DNA of 32,484 nucleotides from Burkholderiales bacterium (GTDB lineage Bacteria; Pseudomonadota; Gammaproteobacteria; Burkholderiales; SG8-39): NCBI GenBank assembly GCA_035489775.1, contig DATHJM010000430.1, positions 1 to 32,484 of the forward strand, read 5' to 3'. Shown piece by piece: positions 28,410 to 32,484 of this stretch (position 1 is its first letter; each line of letters starts with the position of its first letter). The notes under the pieces were generated by a model. It saw only the letters and a program-made list of their open reading frames with translations, ran no database searches and was not told where the DNA came from. The position numbers and the translations under genes were made by a program.

Positions 28410-29257
28410 ATGCACCCGAGAAAATCCATTTCACCCGCAAGCAGCGCTTCGAGGCGGGCAAGCTCGAAAAACGCCTGTGCCGGCTCGCCGGCCAAGCGAT
28501 CGGCGACTACGACATGATCAGCGCGGGCGACCGCGTCATGGTGTGCCTCTCCGGCGGCAAGGACAGCTATGGCCTGCTCGACGTGCTCCTTAAGCTGCGC
28601 GAGCGCTCCCCGGTCACCTTCGATCTCATCGCCGTCAACCTCGACCAGCGCCATCCGGGCTATCCCGAGCACGTGCTGCCGGATTACCTCAAGTCGCTGG
28701 GCATCCCGTATCGCATCGAAGTACAGGACACCTACTCCGTAGTAAAAAGGGTAGTGCCGGAGGGCGAGACGATGTGCGGGCTGTGCTCGCGGCTGCGCCG
28801 CGGCGTGCTCTATCGCGTTGCGCGCGAGGTGGGCGCCACCAGGATCGCGCTAGGCCATCACCGCGACGATATCCTGGAGACATTCTTTCTCAACCTATTC
28901 TTCGGCGGGAAGATGAAAGGAATGTCGCCGAAGCTGCAATCCGACGATGGCCAGCACGTCGTCATCCGCCCCCTTGCCTACGTGGCGGAGGCCGACCTCG
29001 AAGCCTACGCCGAAGTAAAGCAGTTCCCCATCATCCCGTGCGACCTGTGCGGATCGCAGCCGACGCTGCAGAGAAAGCAGGTCAAGGAGATGCTGCGCGA
29101 GTGGGAAAAGCGCCATCCGGGGCGGGTGGAGTCGATGTTCCGGGCGCTTTCGGATCTCGTGCCTTCGCATCTCATGGACCGCAAGCTCTTCGATTTCGCC
29201 GCGGTCCAGGCCACCGGCAAGGCGTTCGGGGACGGCGACAAGGCGCTCGACCGGTAA
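28406..29257 (+). CDS. ttcA: tRNA 2-thiocytidine(32) synthetase TtcA
   Basis: The PP-loop is [14 protein letters not shown] and the Fe-S Cys motifs are [10 protein letters not shown] and CDLCGSQ. The start ATG overlaps the upstream stop (ATGA at 28406-28409). The 264 upstream codons of ORF 27614.. are an out-of-frame overlap artefact. Confidence 0.9.
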   Translation: MNAPEKIHFTRKQRFEAGKLEKRLCRLAGQAIGDYDMISAGDRVMVCLSGGKDSYGLLDVLLKLRERSPVTFDLIAVNLDQRHPGYPEHVLPDYLKSLGIPYRIEVQDTYSVVKRVVPEGETMCGLCSRLRRGVLYRVAREVGATRIALGHHRDDILETFFLNLFFGGKMKGMSPKLQSDDGQHVVIRPLAYVAEADLEAYAEVKQFPIIPCDLCGSQPTLQRKQVKEMLREWEKRHPGRVESMFRALSDLVPSHLMDRKLFDFAAVQATGKAFGDGDKALDR

Positions 29258-29266
29258 ACCTGAACT

Positions 29267-29295
29267 GTCGTCGCGAAGCGACGGCTGGCTTCGCG
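29267..29295 (+). terminator. Two mutually exclusive hairpins just after ttcA
   Basis: Hairpin A is GTCGTCGC-gaa-GCGACGGC (29267-29285, one G-U pair). Hairpin B is CGCGAAGC...GCTTCGCG (29272-29279 / 29288-29295). They share 29272-29279. There is no clear U-tract. Confidence 0.3.
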
Positions 29296-29394
29296 CATCA
29301 GTTCCCGGCGCGGTCCGCCCGCTTACTCCCCGGGTCAACAGCGTTCCGGATACGCGCGTTGAACCTAACGCAGGCATCGCACTCTATAGATGAA

Positions 29395-29460
29395 ATGCGC
29401 CGTCGAAAATTGGGCCCTTGGGACTACTTCGTCGTCGCAGGTTCATGGCACTGATGCAAA
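29395..29460 (+). repeat. Degenerate duplicate of the DUF3750 gene 5' end, forming a 19-codon uORF (29395..29454)
   Basis: atgcgccgtcgaaaattgggcccttgggactacttcgtcgtcgcaggttcatggcactgatgc aligns with atgaggcgccccttgggtaccgcgggctacttggtcgtcgcaggtttcgtcgcgctggtgc at 29497-29556. The peptides are MRRRKLGPWDYFVVAGSWH versus MRRPLGTAGYLVVAGFVAL. Confidence 0.6.
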
Positions 29461-29496
29461 CATCGCGTTCCATATTCTTAAGGTAACGAACCGGAA

Positions 29497-30285
29497 ATGA
29501 GGCGCCCCTTGGGTACCGCGGGCTACTTGGTCGTCGCAGGTTTCGTCGCGCTGGTGCTGGCTGCGGTCGGCCGCGTGACCGCGCAGGACTGGCGCACAGC
29601 GAGCCAGGAGCCGGTGGGCCTCGCGCCCGACCCCGCGAAGACCGCCGAGGCGATCGTGCAGGTCTACGCCGCGCGCGTCATCGGGTGGCGGGGCGTTTTC
29701 GGCGTCCACACCTGGATCGCGGTGAAACCGGCTGCGGCAGCGGAATACACGGTTTACGAAATCATCGGCTGGCGCCTGCGCTCGCAGGACACCGCGCTCG
29801 TGGTGCGGCATCGCGCACCCGACATGCGCTGGTTCGGGTCGATGCCCGAGCTGGTCGCCGAAAAGCGCGGCGAGGGCGTCGAAGAACTCATCGCGCGCAT
29901 CGACAAGGCCGCGCGTTCCTATCCCTGGGCCGGGGAATACACCATGTGGCCCGGTCCGAACTCGAACACTTTCACCGCCTGGGTTCTGCGCGTGGTGCCC
30001 GAGCTCGAAGCAGATTTGCCGCCGACAGCGATCGGCAAGGACTATTCAGGGATGAAACTCGCCGGAGCCGCCCCGAGCGGGCGCGGCTTCCAGTTTTCGC
30101 TGTTCGGACTCGCCGGCCTCACCGCGAGCGCGGTCGAGGGCTTCGAAGTGAACCTCCTCGGCCTCAGCTTCGGAATAAATCCTTTCGATCTCTCGCTCAA
30201 GCTGCCTCTTGTAGGCCGCGTCGGCCCGGCGCGCTCGTTTGCATCGAAAGCCGAAGAAACCGCTGCACCCAAGCACGCTCTTTAG
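29497..30285 (+). CDS. DUF3750-like membrane-anchored protein
   Basis: There is an N-terminal TM helix. GLAPDP...VQVYAARVIGWRGVFGVHTWIAVK and WPGPNSNTFTAW match the pattern I associate with DUF3750. Confidence 0.65.
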   Translation: MRRPLGTAGYLVVAGFVALVLAAVGRVTAQDWRTASQEPVGLAPDPAKTAEAIVQVYAARVIGWRGVFGVHTWIAVKPAAAAEYTVYEIIGWRLRSQDTALVVRHRAPDMRWFGSMPELVAEKRGEGVEELIARIDKAARSYPWAGEYTMWPGPNSNTFTAWVLRVVPELEADLPPTAIGKDYSGMKLAGAAPSGRGFQFSLFGLAGLTASAVEGFEVNLLGLSFGINPFDLSLKLPLVGRVGPARSFASKAEETAAPKHAL

Positions 30286-30341
30286 CCCGGTTCGCTCCCT
30301 TTCATCAACCCGTATTATCCGCGCCCATTACAATTGAGGGC

Positions 30342-31433
30342 GTGAAGCCCGATTCGCCCTCCGCCCGCGAAGTGCTGCTCGTCGGCAGCGTCGGTCTGAA
30401 AGACAGCGAGGAAGTCTTTCGCACCGTGGGGCCGCTCCTTGGCGGCCGCATGAGGCGCATCCCGGATGGCGAGACCGGGCCGCGGACGTCGTGGGTGTCA
30501 CGCCTGCGCTTCGCGCTCGAGGGCAATCCTTCGTTCGAAGATGACCCGCAAGAGGTTGCCGCGGGGGGCCGCATCACCCATCCCACCGAAGGCACGCGCA
30601 CTTGGAAGGGGTCGGCCGTCATCGCGCCCGGCGCGCCTCCGCCGCCGCGCATGCGCTTGAAAGCGGGCGCGCGGCCAGATGGGGTCCGCATCGGCGGGCT
30701 CGGCTATCCCGAAGCCGCGATCGACTCCTACAAGCGCCTTTGCGCGCTGCGCGATCAGGGCGCCGTGCCGCGGCACTTGCGCTTTCAGGTCTCGCTGCCG
30801 ACCACGGCAGCGTTTCTGAACGCACACCTCGTTTACGAGCACCACGCAGCCGTCGAGCCGATCTATCGCGGGCAGCTTTTCCGGGAGGTGGATGAAATCT
30901 GCGAGGCGATCGGGCACGAGCACCTTGCCCTCCAGTGGGACGTCTCGACCGAGATGGGGCAATGGGAAGGCGTGCGCCATGCGCATTTTCCCGATGTGAA
31001 GGCGGGCGTTATCGAGCGCCTGGCCCTCCATTGCAACCGGGTCCCGCGAGACGTCGAGCTCGGCGTGCACCTTTGCTACGGCAGCTACGGCGGGCGTCAC
31101 TGGAAGGAGCCCGGGAGCGCCGCCAACATGGTCGAGGTCCACAACCGGCTCATCCAGTCGCTCGACCGGCCGCTGGACTACATTCACATGCCGGTGCCGG
31201 TCAATCGCGACGACGAAGCCTATTTCGCCCCGCTTGCGGAGTTGAAACTGCGTCGCGAGACGAAGCTCTTCCTCGGACTGGTGCACGATTCCGACGGCGT
31301 CGAGGGCACGCGCCGGCGCGTCGCCGTCGCGGCGAAATACGCGAGCGACTTCGGCATCGCCGCCGAGTGCGGCTTCGGCCGCCGGCCGCCGGAAACGATT
31401 CCGAACCTGCTGCGCATACACTCTGAAACCTGA
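30342..31433 (+). CDS. MetE-like (cobalamin-independent methionine synthase / UROD-MetE superfamily) Zn enzyme of unknown substrate
   Basis: VHLCYG parallels the MetE HMCYC Zn ligands. LGLVH parallels GVYDIH, and AECGFGRRPPET parallels PDCGLKTRGWPET. The GTG start at 30342 is the first plausible start after the DUF3750 stop. The upstream part of ORF 29685.. is an overlap artefact. Confidence 0.55.
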   Translation: MKPDSPSAREVLLVGSVGLKDSEEVFRTVGPLLGGRMRRIPDGETGPRTSWVSRLRFALEGNPSFEDDPQEVAAGGRITHPTEGTRTWKGSAVIAPGAPPPPRMRLKAGARPDGVRIGGLGYPEAAIDSYKRLCALRDQGAVPRHLRFQVSLPTTAAFLNAHLVYEHHAAVEPIYRGQLFREVDEICEAIGHEHLALQWDVSTEMGQWEGVRHAHFPDVKAGVIERLALHCNRVPRDVELGVHLCYGSYGGRHWKEPGSAANMVEVHNRLIQSLDRPLDYIHMPVPVNRDDEAYFAPLAELKLRRETKLFLGLVHDSDGVEGTRRRVAVAAKYASDFGIAAECGFGRRPPETIPNLLRIHSET

Positions 31434-31451
31434 GCTGACCTTCCTTCCCCG

Positions 31452-32420
31452 ATGAACCGGTTCGCATTTCTGCTTGCAACGATTGCCGCTTGGCACGGAC
31501 CGGCGCTCGCGCAAGCTCCGGCCTGGCCGCAAAAGCCCGTTCGCGTCCTGGTGGGACTCGCCCCCGGGGGCAATCCGGACACGCTGGCACGCATGCTCGC
31601 CTCGAAGTGGGGCGACGCCTTCGGCCAGCAGTTCGTGGTCGAGAACCGCCCCGGAGCGGGAAGCACCGTCGCCGCCGACCTTGCCGCCAAGGCCGCGCCC
31701 GACGGCTACACGGTTCTCGTCAGCGACAGCAGCATCATCACCACTGCGCCGCACCTCTACAAATCCCTGCCCTACGATCCGTTCCGCGATCTTCAAGCCG
31801 TGTCGCTCGCGGTGGTGGTTCCGATGTGGCTGGTGGTGCATCCATCGGTGCCCGCCAATTCGATCGCCGGGCTGGTCGCTCTGGCAAGATCGGCAAAAGA
31901 GCCGTTGCCGTACGCCTCCTCGGGAAACGGTTCGATCCATCACCTGACGATGGAATTGTTCAAGGCCGACACGGGCGTCAACTTCACCCACGTGCCGTTC
32001 AAGGGCGCGGGCCAATCGGTCCCGGCAATGATCGCGGGGGACGTGAAGCTAGGCTTTATCGGCTACCCGGCCGCTGCAGGGGCGATCAAGTCCGGGCGCC
32101 TGCGGGTGCTCGCCTTCAGCATGGCGAAGCGCTCTGCGCTCACGCCCGAGGTCCCGACCGTTGCCGAAACCGTCGCCCCGGGGTTCGACATGTCGGCGCC
32201 GCTCGGCGTGTTCGTCGCCGCGCGCACCCCGCGCGAGATCGTTGCGCGGCTCAACCGCGCGGTGAACGCTGCGGTGAGCTCATCCGATGTGCTCGAGCGC
32301 ATGGCAGCGATCGGCATGGAGCCGGCCGGCACTACGCCGGAGCAGTACGAGAAAATGCTCAGGGAGGAGTACGAAAGATTCGGAGGCCTGATCGGTCGGA
32401 TCGGGATGCGGATTGACTGA
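31452..32420 (+). CDS. Bug-family (TctC-like) tripartite tricarboxylate transporter substrate-binding protein
   Basis: The signal peptide is followed by WPQKPVRVLVGLAPGGNPDTLARMLA ... VENRPGAGSTVAA ... APDGYTVLV, the Bug-family N-terminal signature. The length is 322 aa. Confidence 0.88.
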   Translation: MNRFAFLLATIAAWHGPALAQAPAWPQKPVRVLVGLAPGGNPDTLARMLASKWGDAFGQQFVVENRPGAGSTVAADLAAKAAPDGYTVLVSDSSIITTAPHLYKSLPYDPFRDLQAVSLAVVVPMWLVVHPSVPANSIAGLVALARSAKEPLPYASSGNGSIHHLTMELFKADTGVNFTHVPFKGAGQSVPAMIAGDVKLGFIGYPAAAGAIKSGRLRVLAFSMAKRSALTPEVPTVAETVAPGFDMSAPLGVFVAARTPREIVARLNRAVNAAVSSSDVLERMAAIGMEPAGTTPEQYEKMLREEYERFGGLIGRIGMRID

Positions 32421-32484
32421 CGCGGTTCCGAAGGGGGTGAGTCGAAGGGACCACGTGTATTCGTAAAACTGCGATTGTCAAATT

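Noticed and set aside
29685-30341. 219-codon N-terminal extension of the MetE-like ORF
   Set aside because: It lies inside the DUF3750 gene in another frame and is Arg/Gly/Ala-rich. Plausible protein sequence begins only after the DUF3750 stop.

Overview
This is a visibly GC-rich proteobacterial chromosome segment. GC content was not computed. The gene content (leuS-lptE-holA, a Bug/TctC-family binding protein, NDUFA9-like and MidA-like genes) suggests a betaproteobacterium, possibly Burkholderiales-like, but the taxon is inference only. I can support 33 tightly packed protein-coding genes. I saw no rRNA, tRNA, CRISPR array, transposase or integrase by eye. Most of the window is housekeeping: glnE (5' end cut by the window), leuS-lptE-holA, uvrD, ilvA, 5-formyl-THF cyclo-ligase, slt, cca, pteridine reductase and ttcA. 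Three stretches are not ordinary. (i) At about 2.3-5.5 kb, a visibly less GC-rich minus-strand islet is appended to the leuS-lptE-holA operon. It holds a PagL-like lipid A deacylase, a signal-less VanY-type M15 peptidase overlapping a GNAT, a truncated signal peptidase I, a Met-cluster secreted protein and a 160-aa unknown. (ii) At about 22.0-26.4 kb lies a redox/oxidant-stress neighbourhood. Its core is a translationally coupled operon: cytochrome b -> Tat-lipoprotein molybdoenzyme -> Met/Lys-rich secreted peptide. It is flanked by an RclA-like flavoprotein, an internally duplicated dihaem cytochrome c and a YfcG-like GST. This is my best candidate for an undescribed system, an MrpX/MsrPQ-like oxidant-scavenging module built from non-orthologous parts. 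(iii) At about 29.3-32.4 kb, a DUF3750 gene is preceded by a degenerate duplicate of its own 5' end. It is followed by a MetE-like Zn enzyme of unknown substrate coupled to an orphan Bug binding protein. All functional calls come from motif recognition in the supplied translations. No database search was run.
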